The position numbers were made by a program, and so were the translations under genes. From positions 1 through 64,000 of IMG/VR virus record IMGVR_UViG_3300025151_004231: a stretch of 64,000 bases of DNA. One strand, 5' to 3'. The stretch comes from a virus. Of the stretch, positions 8,421 through 17,993 are shown piece after piece. The notes under the pieces are model-generated. The model ran no database searches. It worked only from the letters and a program-made list of their open reading frames with translations, and was not told the origin of the DNA. Within the stretch, counting starts at the first letter, position 1, and the number at the start of each line of letters is the position of its first letter.

Positions 8421-10811
8421 TTAACTTACTCCAGTGCCGCTAATAAACCATGTATCAGTGTCAACTTTCATTAATGTAGCAACTCCATATGTTGAAATTA
8501 CTCTGTTTCCTGCAGTTGAATTACCTGCTTGATAAAGAGTTACACCAGAGATAGCATTAACTAGAATGTTACCTGCGGCTTGCTCAACAATACTGATTGC
8601 TGTTCCTGTTGGGAACGCAACAGTTGCGTTTGTAGGAATCGATAATGTAATGTTTCCTGCTGTTGTTGATCTGAAATGTTTACCTGAATCTTCAAGTGCG
8701 ATTGTATCATCTGCTGATAATACGACCGGGGGAATTTCTTTATAACCTATTGCAAATCCGTTTGTGTTTGCATTGATGTTTCCACCTGCAATGTTTCCTG
8801 TTACAGTTAAGTCTACTAAAGTACCGAGACTAGTAATGTTTGGCTGTGCGGCTGTTGTTACAGTACCTGCTGTTGTTGCAGTAGTTGCTGTAACTGGTCC
8901 CCATGAGCCTGTACCATCTAAATAGTTTGCTGTATTACCATCTAAGTTGACTGTTGCAATATTACCTGCACCAGATACATTTGCGATAGCAACACTATTA
9001 GCAACTGCGGCAAATCCAACTTCACCTGATACATTAGCACCGACTACGTTAGAAATGCTTCCACCGTCTCCAGCAAATACACCTGCAGAAACTGTGATGT
9101 CACCTGTGTTTGCTGTCAAGCCTACTGATACGATTGTGTTACTAACAAGTAGTTCTGATAAAGTACCAACAGATCCGATATTTGGTTGTGCTGAATTGAT
9201 TACTTCTTGTGCAAGAACTGCTGTATTAATTGTTCCAGTTACGTTAGCGCCTGCGATATTTGATAAACCGCCACCATCGCCTGTAATTAATCCAGTAGTT
9301 GTAATTGCATTTGAACCAAATGCATTTAATAAAGTAACAACGTTTGAATCACCGTATGAACCACCACCTGGTGCCGCGGCGAATACACCGTTACCATATA
9401 GTACGTTGCCGGCTGCTCCGTCAATATCGATTGACGCAATGTTACCTGCTCCTGATACGTTTGCTAAAGCAACTGAGTTAGCAACTGCGGCAAATCCGAC
9501 TTCACCACTTACGTTAGCACCTGTAATGTTTGATAATTGATAACCGTCTCCAGTTAATGCTGGACTCGTTGCGGCCGCAAACACTCCATTACCATATAAG
9601 ACATTAGCGGCATCACCGTCAATGTTAATTGTTGAAATATTACCTAAAGTAGGTGTACCTGAAACATTTGCATAAGCAACTGCGTTTGCTGTTGCGGCAA
9701 AAGTAACTTCACCAGAGACATTTGCTCCGGCTACTGAGTTAGAAACTGCTGAGAATCCGACTTCACCACTTACGTTAGCACCTGCTACTGCATTTGCTGT
9801 AGCGGCGTTTGTGACTTCTCCTGATACATTAGCACCAGCAACTGCGTTAGCAGTAGCCGCGAATGATACTTCGCCAGAGACATTAGCACCTGTAAGGTTT
9901 GCTATTTGATATCCGTCACCAGTTAATGCAGGAGATGCGGCTGCCGCAAATACTCCATTACCGTATAATACATTTGATGCCGATCCATCAATATCGAGTG
10001 TTGAAATGTTACCTAATGTAGGTGTACCTGTTACGTTTGCATATGGTACGTTTGATAGTCCGCCACCGTCAGCAGTGACTAGACCTGTTGTTGTAATTGT
10101 GTTTGATCCGAATGCATTTAATAGAGTAACAACATTGCTGTCTCCATATGCAGTATCTGAATCTGCGGCAAATGTTCCGTCTCCTCTTAGTACATTAGAG
10201 ACGTTACCGTCTAAGTTAAGAGGGGAAACATTACCTAGTGTAGGTGTACCAGTTATGTTTGCGTAAACAACGTTTGATATTCCACCTGCATCACCTGTAA
10301 TAATGCCTGTTGCATTTAATGTTCCAGTTACATTAGCACCAGTACTAGTTACGATTAATACATCTGCTGTGCCACCAACTCCTACAGTTACGTTACCATC
10401 TGTTGTGGGGATATCAACATTTGATGTACCGTCTGTAATACTTGTTGCGGCTCCTGCTGGAACGTTTGTTAAGTTTGCTCCGTCACCCGCAAAGTATGCG
10501 GCAGTAACTGCTGTAGTTGCATTGATGTTTCCTGCATCTAAGTTTCCTGTGACGTTTGCACTTGTCAGATTTCCTACTGAAGTAATGTTTGGTTGAGCGG
10601 CGTTTGTTACATCTCCTGCAAGAGTTGCAACTGCGGCTGGTACAAAGTTACTTCCACCTGCTTCTGATAGAATCAAATTTCCAAGTAATTGTACTGTTGA
10701 TTTCTTTGTTTCAGGTGTCCCATTCATGTCTACAACGGCTACTAAGTCATTGTAGGTCATGTTTGCACTTGTTATATCTGAAAGTGCTGTAATTTTGATG
10801 TTTGTTGCCAT
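8421..10811 (-). CDS. long repeat-rich tail fibre/virion structural protein
   Basis: Gly/Ala/Asn/Thr-rich; repeats GANVSGEVxFAAxANxVA, GDGGGLSN, LYGNGVFAAA, AAQPNITS; late promoter upstream. Confidence 0.7.
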   Translation of the reverse strand: MATNIKITALSDITSANMTYNDLVAVVDMNGTPETKKSTVQLLGNLILSEAGGSNFVPAAVATLAGDVTNAAQPNITSVGNLTSANVTGNLDAGNINATTAVTAAYFAGDGANLTNVPAGAATSITDGTSNVDIPTTDGNVTVGVGGTADVLIVTSTGANVTGTLNATGIITGDAGGISNVVYANITGTPTLGNVSPLNLDGNVSNVLRGDGTFAADSDTAYGDSNVVTLLNAFGSNTITTTGLVTADGGGLSNVPYANVTGTPTLGNISTLDIDGSASNVLYGNGVFAAAASPALTGDGYQIANLTGANVSGEVSFAATANAVAGANVSGEVTNAATANAVAGANVSGEVGFSAVSNSVAGANVSGEVTFAATANAVAYANVSGTPTLGNISTINIDGDAANVLYGNGVFAAATSPALTGDGYQLSNITGANVSGEVGFAAVANSVALANVSGAGNIASIDIDGAAGNVLYGNGVFAAAPGGGSYGDSNVVTLLNAFGSNAITTTGLITGDGGGLSNIAGANVTGTINTAVLAQEVINSAQPNIGSVGTLSELLVSNTIVSVGLTANTGDITVSAGVFAGDGGSISNVVGANVSGEVGFAAVANSVAIANVSGAGNIATVNLDGNTANYLDGTGSWGPVTATTATTAGTVTTAAQPNITSLGTLVDLTVTGNIAGGNINANTNGFAIGYKEIPPVVLSADDTIALEDSGKHFRSTTAGNITLSIPTNATVAFPTGTAISIVEQAAGNILVNAISGVTLYQAGNSTAGNRVISTYGVATLMKVDTDTWFISGTGVS

Positions 10812-10852
10812 GTTCTATTATCCCCTAATAGTAGTATTTATCTTTTCTCCAG

Positions 10853-11776
10853 TTAAACAGCACTATCATCACTAACATAAGACCAACGTGAGTTTGTTGT
10901 ATCCCAAAATGCCATCTTACCACCTGGTGTACTGTCACTAATTGCTATCATTTGTCCTACTACACCAGATGCTGGCTTAGTTGCTACTGTGTAGACAGGA
11001 ACTTTATTAAACTCTACATCGATTGAACCAATAGATGTGATAGGTCCACCTGTGACTGTTAATGTATCACTTGTAATACCTACACTTTGTACAGTTCCGT
11101 CTGATAGATTTGTTGAACTTACTGTAACGTTTCCGTTTGCACTACTAACTGCTATGCCTGTTCCGGCATTTAATCTTGTTACTCCAGTGTTTGTAACTGT
11201 AATGTTACCTGCACTAGTAATTGGTCCGCCTGATACTGAAATACCTGTACTTGGATCTAAGCCAACACTTGTAACCGTTCCACCAGCAGTACCATTTGCT
11301 ATAGATGTAATTCTGCCATATGCATCAACAGTAACGTTGGCTTGAGCATATGATCCTGGAACAACACCTGATGTTGCTAAGTCTAAAGCAATCGTGCCAG
11401 AAGACACTATAGGGCTTCCTGAAACAGTCAGTCTACTTGAACTAGTAGATATGCCTACACTTGTTACTGTGCCGCCACCGTTGCCCCCTCCGCCTGTAGC
11501 AGAGATCGTTATATTTCCTGTAGTGCCACTTAGTGTTACACCTGTACCTGCAATTAAACGTGCAACACCTGTATTAGTGATTGTTACTGTGCCTGTTGTC
11601 GCATTTGAAGTTACACCAATTGCATCACCTGCATTGAATGTATTGAAATTACTTGCATTAGCAAATAATGTATCAAAGTTTACGTTAGTTTTAGTCCATG
11701 CAGTATATAGTGAATCACTACCAACTGATTCGTTTGGTAGACCTACATTAATTGATTGTTTTCCTGTTATAGCCAT
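10853..11776 (-). CDS. baseplate/tail-fibre connector-like structural protein (T4 gp9/gp10-like N-terminus)
   Basis: KQSINVG...DSLYTAWTKTNVNF; GTVTSV and VTVDAYGRIT repeats. Confidence 0.6.
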   Translation of the reverse strand: MAITGKQSINVGLPNESVGSDSLYTAWTKTNVNFDTLFANASNFNTFNAGDAIGVTSNATTGTVTITNTGVARLIAGTGVTLSGTTGNITISATGGGGNGGGTVTSVGISTSSSRLTVSGSPIVSSGTIALDLATSGVVPGSYAQANVTVDAYGRITSIANGTAGGTVTSVGLDPSTGISVSGGPITSAGNITVTNTGVTRLNAGTGIAVSSANGNVTVSSTNLSDGTVQSVGITSDTLTVTGGPITSIGSIDVEFNKVPVYTVATKPASGVVGQMIAISDSTPGGKMAFWDTTNSRWSYVSDDSAV

Positions 11777-11820
11777 ACTTGTGTAAGTTCCTTATATCTT
11801 GTATTTATCAATAAGGAGAA

Positions 11821-12144
11821 TTAGTATGGTGAGAATGAACTACCGCAACCGCACGTTGTTTGTGCCATTGGATTGCTGATAGAAAAACGTGATCCTTGTA
11901 AATCATTTTTGAAGTCTACTACAGCATTTTCTAAGTACTGCATAGATAATGAGTCAACTCTGACGTTTGTTTCTCCTGCTGGGATCTCAAAATCGTCTTC
12001 GTTTTGTGTTTCTTCCATAGAGAAACCATACTGAAATCCAGAACAACCTCCACCTGTAACATACATTCTTAAAAAGGTTTCTGGACTTTCGTCTTCTAAT
12101 ACTTCTTTAATTTTTTCTTGTGCTGATTCTGTTATTTGTATCAT
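11821..12144 (-). CDS. erpA: iron-sulfur cluster insertion protein ErpA/IscA (HesB family)
   Basis: GGGCSGFQYGF and TTCGCGSSF; start moved to 12144. Confidence 0.9.
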   Translation of the reverse strand: MIQITESAQEKIKEVLEDESPETFLRMYVTGGGCSGFQYGFSMEETQNEDDFEIPAGETNVRVDSLSMQYLENAVVDFKNDLQGSRFSISNPMAQTTCGCGSSFSPY

Positions 12145-12719
12145 TTTCTTACTGATTGTCCCCAACGTGTAGAAATTACATTCCAGTTAATAATTTTCCA
12201 TGTCTCTTTAAGATACTTTTTCTTGTCTGAACCGTAATCTAAAATAAAGGCATGTTCCCACCAATCGATTAATAGCAATATATCATCTCGTACTTCATGT
12301 TCTTCGATTGTTTTAATTTTACCGTCGGTTGCTAAGTAAACCCAACCTGATCCTTCGATAGCCATTGCTTTGAATTCAACTTCTTTTTGAAAAACTTCGT
12401 ATGTGCCGAAATGCTTTTCGATGAATCCTTTCATAGGACCGTTTGGTTTGTTATTGTCTCTAACTTCTCTGAACTGAGGGAAGTAAACATTATGTAAAAA
12501 AGCACCTGCATAATTAAACTCAGGATTGCCTTCGTTGTTATTGTAACGTTTAGCATATCCCTTTGCTAACTTATCGTAATGCAAGTCTAATGTATCTCTA
12601 CTCATCACAGGCTTAACTTGTTTTGCTTCAAAGTTAAGTGGAATGATTTCTATATCTGTAGGCCTCTTTACTTTTGCTTCAGTCAGAGGTTGCTGTCTAT
12701 ACATACGTTGAATACTCAT
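12141..12719 (-). CDS. sod: Fe/Mn superoxide dismutase
   Basis: LHYDK, LHNVYF, GSGW and DWWEHA: all four metal ligands present. Confidence 0.85.
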   Translation of the reverse strand: MSIQRMYRQQPLTEAKVKRPTDIEIIPLNFEAKQVKPVMSRDTLDLHYDKLAKGYAKRYNNNEGNPEFNYAGAFLHNVYFPQFREVRDNNKPNGPMKGFIEKHFGTYEVFQKEVEFKAMAIEGSGWVYLATDGKIKTIEEHEVRDDILLLIDWWEHAFILDYGSDKKKYLKETWKIINWNVISTRWGQSVRK

Positions 12720-12727
12720 ATAGATAT

Positions 12728-13342
12728 TTATCGATCTAAGACGGCAAGTATATTTTCTGCGGTTTCTAAATGTGATTTGGGACCTGGATGACCACCGTCA
12801 GTGCCATAGTCTTTACATGAATGCCATATCATTAATGAATCCCAAGTTTGATCTACAATTTTACAATGCATCACATCTATAATTTCACCTGGTATTATTC
12901 TGTGTAGGTTATGATATGTCATTTCTCCCTTAACATATAATGCCTCATCAGCATGAACTAAAAATTCAGGGTTTGTCCAAGAACCGGCAGGACACAGATT
13001 CTTTTGTCCATGTATATCCTTCATATAACGTTGATAGATAGGCCATTCAACAACTAGACACTTAGGTTCTTTTTTAGTATGCATAAACCAAGCAAGTAGA
13101 TTATGTTCTACCGCATCGATGCCACCTCCACCTACTCCTAGATTAACTTCATCGCCCCTAAGAACTGCTGATACCAAAGTAGAGTATCGTTGATCTATGT
13201 TAACACCTACTCCTACTGTGTGACTGGACCCTAGAAACAAACAATAGTTGTCTAAATCTATCTCATCTAGTTCTTTGGGCATTCTAAACCCAGCACTATT
13301 GTATTCTGTGTTTCCTCTTTCTCCCGCTTCTACTAACTTCAT
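12728..13342 (-). CDS. SGNH-hydrolase-like hypothetical protein
   Basis: LGSSHT.GVG, NLGVGG, DGGHPG motifs. Confidence 0.5.
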   Translation of the reverse strand: MKLVEAGERGNTEYNSAGFRMPKELDEIDLDNYCLFLGSSHTVGVGVNIDQRYSTLVSAVLRGDEVNLGVGGGGIDAVEHNLLAWFMHTKKEPKCLVVEWPIYQRYMKDIHGQKNLCPAGSWTNPEFLVHADEALYVKGEMTYHNLHRIIPGEIIDVMHCKIVDQTWDSLMIWHSCKDYGTDGGHPGPKSHLETAENILAVLDR

Positions 13343-13995
13343 GCTAATAGTGCCCTACGGGCTTCTAAGAAGCCCTCAGAGACGATCTGAGCAACGTTCT
13401 CGTCATCAGAGTGATCAAGTTCTAGCACGTTTATAGAGTCTGTACGGGCTGTATATTCATCATTAGGACCCAAAATTAAGTATATAGGCACATCAATTTG
13501 GTCTAGTAACATACTGAACATACGTCTTCTTCCTATCCAATATCCAGCCTCATCTGCACGTTTGGATGCTTCTTGCGTATCTCTTTTATCATAATCTACA
13601 CCCAAAAAACTGTTAGCCCATTCACAACTCATGTAGATCATTTTGGGTTTGCTGTATACATGCAACCAATTAAATAGATTGTATCTCACACACTCAAGTC
13701 CACCATGCATGACAGCAAGATTGTAATATTGATGATTTATTTTCTTTGATAAAAGATAAGGCCAAGTTTCTTCTATAGGTTTATGCATATGCAAACATGC
13801 ATTGTCTCCTAATACTAAAAAGTATTTAGAAAATGACAGATCATCTCCTAATACTTCTTCAATTTCTTTGCATCTGTGACCACGAGAATTGAGGTCTGTT
13901 CCTGTATCGTTGAACAGAAAGCCTTCTTTAGTAGTTTTGGGTATGTCAATCGGAGCCTCATCACTGCCGTCTAAGTGTGCCAGTAATTGTGACAT
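13339..13995 (-). CDS. SGNH-like hypothetical protein (degenerate paralog of the neighbour)
   Basis: shares NS.G.R, LG, NL...GG and NL..W pattern with 12728..13342. Confidence 0.5.
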   Translation of the reverse strand: MSQLLAHLDGSDEAPIDIPKTTKEGFLFNDTGTDLNSRGHRCKEIEEVLGDDLSFSKYFLVLGDNACLHMHKPIEETWPYLLSKKINHQYYNLAVMHGGLECVRYNLFNWLHVYSKPKMIYMSCEWANSFLGVDYDKRDTQEASKRADEAGYWIGRRRMFSMLLDQIDVPIYLILGPNDEYTARTDSINVLELDHSDDENVAQIVSEGFLEARRALLA

Positions 13996-14210
13996 TAGTT
14001 TCTCCTTACTATACGGCCCTGTGTTAAATCATAAGGAGAAATTTCAACTTGTACTTCATCGCCCATAATAATTTTGATTTCAAACTTACGCATTTTACCA
14101 CCGACATAAGCATTAAGAGTGTGACCATTTTCTAACGTAACTTTAAATCTAGCATTAGGAAGTACTTGAACTACTTTCCCGGTCATTGTAATATGGTCAC
14201 CCTTGCTCAT
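13995..14210 (-). CDS. infA: translation initiation factor IF-1
   Basis: [14 protein letters not shown]...GKMR...[19 protein letters not shown]; start at ATG 14210. Confidence 0.95.
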   Translation of the reverse strand: MSKGDHITMTGKVVQVLPNARFKVTLENGHTLNAYVGGKMRKFEIKIIMGDEVQVEISPYDLTQGRIVRRN

Positions 14211-14581
14211 TAATCTTTTAGGATATCCCACATCTTTGATTTTTCAGTCAACTCTTTTTCAAGTTCAACATAACGTTCTCTAAGTTCTTTTAATTCTGAC
14301 CACTGTTCTTCTAACTCGGGATTAGGTTGTAGAATTGCAAGTTTCTTGTTTACTTCTTCTTGCCACTCAAACAAACCTTCTAATCTTTTATCAGTATATG
14401 TTGTATCCCAATTGGAACTTAATGTAAACGAATCTGTAGTTAGACCGTCTAATATATTATTTGTACCATGCGGAGATGAAATTGTAATAGGGTCTGTGTT
14501 TACTGTAAAACTATCATTCATATCACCAAAGTCTAAAACATATTGATCATCGATAGTAATTGTATCTGAATAATTGCTCAT
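14210..14581 (-). CDS. hypothetical protein with coiled-coil C-terminus
   Basis: ORF in operon. Confidence 0.65.
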   Translation of the reverse strand: MSNYSDTITIDDQYVLDFGDMNDSFTVNTDPITISSPHGTNNILDGLTTDSFTLSSNWDTTYTDKRLEGLFEWQEEVNKKLAILQPNPELEEQWSELKELRERYVELEKELTEKSKMWDILKD

Positions 14582-14582
14582 T

Positions 14583-14768
14583 TTAGTCTGCCTTCTTTAA
14601 AAATATGGTGCCATTCTCATTAACACCGATAGCCAGTTCAGTTTCTTCTGACCAGCCCAATGTTTTAAGTAAAGGTGCAGGTAGTGGAATAATCAAGTCA
14701 CCTGTGCCGTCATCTGCTTCTTGTGTGATTACTTCGTACCGTGCTTTATCTGTCTCTTTAGGAGTCAT
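14583..14768 (-). CDS. AbrB/MazE-like small DNA-binding protein
   Basis: GDLIIPLP..LL..LGW.E..EL pattern. Confidence 0.6.
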   Translation of the reverse strand: MTPKETDKARYEVITQEADDGTGDLIIPLPAPLLKTLGWSEETELAIGVNENGTIFLKKAD

Positions 14769-14804
14769 ACAGATATTTAGTTAGAGAAGTGTGTTCAAAT
14801 ATAT

Positions 14805-15458
14805 TTACCAGGCTCTACAAGACCAGTAACGTGCTTTCCACTTAGGTCCTGGATTGTCACAGTTATGTCTTGCTCGGAAAGATTTACGTCTTCCTGGAAT
14901 ATTCTTTTTGATCTTCATGTTCTTGTCGCCAAAGTTAACTTTAACTACGTTACCTTTTGCATTCTTAACATAAACTTTAGATTTCTTAACATCACCTTTC
15001 ATTGGCTTGTTAAGTGTAACTTTGCGTCCTTGATATTCTGCTTCATGTACTTCTACTTCAGGATCTTTTCCGGTCACATTGTCTTGTGCCATCTTTTCTG
15101 TATCGTTATAGTTAATACTACCGATTGGAGATTTAGATGCTTGATTAAAGTCACCTGGATTAGGATTCTCTGTCAAACGCATAATGTCTGCAAGATCATC
15201 TTCATAAGGTGTGTACAATGGCTTTGCATCTTCTACTATAACATCAATTTCTTCAGTGGTAATTTCATTGATAGCAAGTAGTTCTAACATTTCATCATCA
15301 CCTTCGACAATAATGCCGTCGTCGGTATAACCTACTACTCCTGTCTCAATAACAAAGTCTTCTGATAACTCAATATCAAATGAGTCATATAATAAAATAG
15401 AATCTTCATCTTGTGCAAGACCGTCAATTGCTGAAATGTAATTCTTAATATCTGTCAT
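14805..15458 (-). CDS. putative internal head protein: acidic N-region, basic conserved C-domain
   Basis: C-terminal VNFGD...RRKSFRARHNC...ARYWSC motif seen in large viruses; late promoter. Confidence 0.55.
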   Translation of the reverse strand: MTDIKNYISAIDGLAQDEDSILLYDSFDIELSEDFVIETGVVGYTDDGIIVEGDDEMLELLAINEITTEEIDVIVEDAKPLYTPYEDDLADIMRLTENPNPGDFNQASKSPIGSINYNDTEKMAQDNVTGKDPEVEVHEAEYQGRKVTLNKPMKGDVKKSKVYVKNAKGNVVKVNFGDKNMKIKKNIPGRRKSFRARHNCDNPGPKWKARYWSCRAW

Positions 15459-15468
15459 AATAATATTC

Positions 15469-16113
15469 CTAAAGTATACGTGTATTTATGTCCTTTGCAA
15501 CTATTTCATCAAAATGTTTATCAAAACTCAGTTGTATAAAGACTCTAGGTGGCGCCAAATCCATTACTCTTACGTTATGCCAATTCTGTACATTCATTAT
15601 TGTTGGATGATTTTCACTATATTGTCCTATCTGATTTGGCACGATTCCTAATGGTGTTTTTACGCCATTTGTTGGGTCTCTTAATGAGAGTGATGTAGTA
15701 GGATCTCCTGTATAACTTTTATGTTCTATTATTCTTTTTAGAATATCTTCGTCATTGTAGAAATGTACAGGTTCAAATTTATCATAATAAACAGGAATGT
15801 TTACACATGATGTTCTATATTCGTCTTTGTGTATTATGTTTAAATAAAATTTATCATTGTATTGAGTATCAGAGTATCCAGGTAAAGATCGATCATGTAA
15901 TTGTATAATATACTGTGTGGGTTCTTCACCTATTACATTTTGTATATCTAATAATAAGTGTTGAAAGTATGCAGTAAAAAAATCTAGTTCAACATAATTA
16001 CGTTTACCCCATTCATAATCATCTCCAACAAAGGCTACTTGTTCAGCCCATGCCGCACGTAAACTTTCTATGTTTATACTTACATCTAAGAGTTCTGCTA
16101 AATTATTTCTCAT
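15469..16113 (-). CDS. 2OG-Fe(II) oxygenase-like protein
   Basis: HKD...WHNV...R.FIQLSF; start moved to 16113. Confidence 0.55.
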   Translation of the reverse strand: MRNNLAELLDVSINIESLRAAWAEQVAFVGDDYEWGKRNYVELDFFTAYFQHLLLDIQNVIGEEPTQYIIQLHDRSLPGYSDTQYNDKFYLNIIHKDEYRTSCVNIPVYYDKFEPVHFYNDEDILKRIIEHKSYTGDPTTSLSLRDPTNGVKTPLGIVPNQIGQYSENHPTIMNVQNWHNVRVMDLAPPRVFIQLSFDKHFDEIVAKDINTRIL

Positions 16114-16714
16114 ACCAAGACATTCCCATAAACATTCTAGTTGGACAATCTTTGACAATAGGAGTCATCCAATGTGGATGATGACGATTCCAAATAATAA
16201 AACTATTTGGATCTGGATTTTGTATTGTTGTTTCTGTTCCGTCCATAGATTCTACGTTAAATATTCCGCCCCACTCATTATCCCATTTAGGATGAGTAAA
16301 GATCATTGAAGTAAAACAATTCTCATCAGTGGCGTTATGTATTGTGCCGTCACTGTGTCTGTGCATTTGAGTTTCACTGTCACCATATTGAAACCAAACG
16401 TTGCTCAGTTTAATATTTTCCCAGCCCTTATCAATCATATAGTATTTAACTTGTAATAATATTTTCCCAACATCTGGACCAAAGAAATCAGTTGTTTCTT
16501 CCATAACATCATCACCATTACAATAAAATCTAAATCTCATTGCTCGTTGATGTGATACATTTTTATCATATATGCCTCGATCAGGATCTATATCATCTCT
16601 CACAACTTCCATTGCAGTGTCTTCTAGTTTAGACATTTTATATAATCTTTCAGACTTCAATGAGACTATCTCAAACAAATCATCACTTAAAAAATTGCTT
16701 TCTCTAAAAATCAT
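16103..16714 (-). CDS. 2OG-Fe(II) oxygenase (prolyl-hydroxylase-like)
   Basis: HSD, WDNEWGG, H...R. Confidence 0.8.
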   Translation of the reverse strand: MIFRESNFLSDDLFEIVSLKSERLYKMSKLEDTAMEVVRDDIDPDRGIYDKNVSHQRAMRFRFYCNGDDVMEETTDFFGPDVGKILLQVKYYMIDKGWENIKLSNVWFQYGDSETQMHRHSDGTIHNATDENCFTSMIFTHPKWDNEWGGIFNVESMDGTETTIQNPDPNSFIIWNRHHPHWMTPIVKDCPTRMFMGMSWYEK

Positions 16715-17340
16715 CTAGCATCTCCTTTAAAAGATGCAAAATCATCTACTGAACTCCAGCCGGTAGCAAAGAAACTTCTAACATAATTTGGATCAGGGTG
16801 CGTAACTTTTTGTACAGCATGCCACTCATCTCTGCTCCATATTAACATTCTGTTTTGTTTAGGTTCTATTGTATGTGTAAGATTTTTTAATCCAACTGCT
16901 TTGGCTGAAACGTCTGGATTCCATATAGGCTCTCCTACAATAAATTCTCCTCCCCATCCTGGCTGCCATTCACTTGTATATAAGATAGCAGTGTATGTAT
17001 GTTCTTCACTGCTTTTACGCAAATTTGCATCTTTGTGTGCAGGCAGTGTCATAGAACTAATAATATATTGAAACCATACAGACCAGTTTTTTAAATCTTT
17101 TGCACCCATATCATGTTCTAAAGACTCAATCATTTTTTCAATTGCTGGACGACACTCATGTCCGAAAAAGTTTAATGCTTCTGTCCAATCACCACTTGAA
17201 TCGTGCCATGTTACTCGACAAGGCTCATCAGTGTCTGGTTGTAAGTCGTATCCATTACCGGTACCATATCTGCTGTCAACTCTTTTCTTCAAAGCATCAA
17301 ATTGATCTTGTGGTAAAAAATTGTCTACGTAATGTATCAT
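16711..17340 (-). CDS. 2OG-Fe(II) oxygenase
   Basis: DNFL, HKD, WQPGWGGE, WHAV...R. Confidence 0.85.
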   Translation of the reverse strand: MIHYVDNFLPQDQFDALKKRVDSRYGTGNGYDLQPDTDEPCRVTWHDSSGDWTEALNFFGHECRPAIEKMIESLEHDMGAKDLKNWSVWFQYIISSMTLPAHKDANLRKSSEEHTYTAILYTSEWQPGWGGEFIVGEPIWNPDVSAKAVGLKNLTHTIEPKQNRMLIWSRDEWHAVQKVTHPDPNYVRSFFATGWSSVDDFASFKGDAR

Positions 17341-17993
17341 GTTTCTGCTGTAAAATAAAAACGTTGAAATGGATTTTGATCATGTTCTTTAGATTCTATA
17401 GAACTCCAACTAGTACCAAAAAATGATCTAACATAATTTGGATCATTGACTGTTAAAGCATTGACCATGTGCCATTCTTCCCTACTCCATACTACCATAC
17501 GATTTGGCTTAGGTTCTATTATATGCGTAAAGTCAGTTAAAGATTCGACAAACCCATCACTATTAAATACTGGTGAGCCTACTACAAATTCTCCTCCCCA
17601 ATTGGGTTTCCAATCACTAGTATAGATAACAGCAGTGTATGTGTCTTTAGGTAAACTTTTTCTTACTGCTTGATCTCTATGAGGTGGAAGTGACATAGTA
17701 TCGACTGAATATTGAAACCAAGAAGACCAATTCTTTAATTCTTGTACACCTTGATTAATTAATGTTTCTTCCATTTTCTTTAAAGCAGGAATGCATTGGG
17801 GTGCATTTGGAATGCAACTGTCAAGCCAGTCACCTGATCTTGCTATAGGAAGAATGTATTTGTCTGGTTCGTTTTTAAAATCGTAGTTGTCAAACAACTC
17901 TCTAGGTTCTATAGGACTATAGTGTGATTCGACTTTGTTTTTTAATGCTGTGAATTGTTCTTCTGTTAAAAAGTCATCTTCGATATAAATCAT
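17337..17993 (-). CDS. 2OG-Fe(II) oxygenase (close paralog of the neighbour)
   Basis: HRD, WKPNWGGE, WHMV, DPNYVRSFF shared with 16711..17340. Confidence 0.85.
   Translation of the reverse strand: MIYIEDDFLTEEQFTALKNKVESHYSPIEPRELFDNYDFKNEPDKYILPIARSGDWLDSCIPNAPQCIPALKKMEETLINQGVQELKNWSSWFQYSVDTMSLPPHRDQAVRKSLPKDTYTAVIYTSDWKPNWGGEFVVGSPVFNSDGFVESLTDFTHIIEPKPNRMVVWSREEWHMVNALTVNDPNYVRSFFGTSWSSIESKEHDQNPFQRFYFTAET

Noticed and set aside
8900-10300. CRISPR-like or DNA-level repeat array
   Set aside because: Repeats are in-frame protein repeats with synonymous divergence and no repeat-spacer pattern.
8161-11786. Several long plus-strand ORFs (e.g. 8947..9540)
   Set aside because: Shadow ORFs antisense to Gly/Ala/Thr-rich fibre genes, with no SD or motifs.
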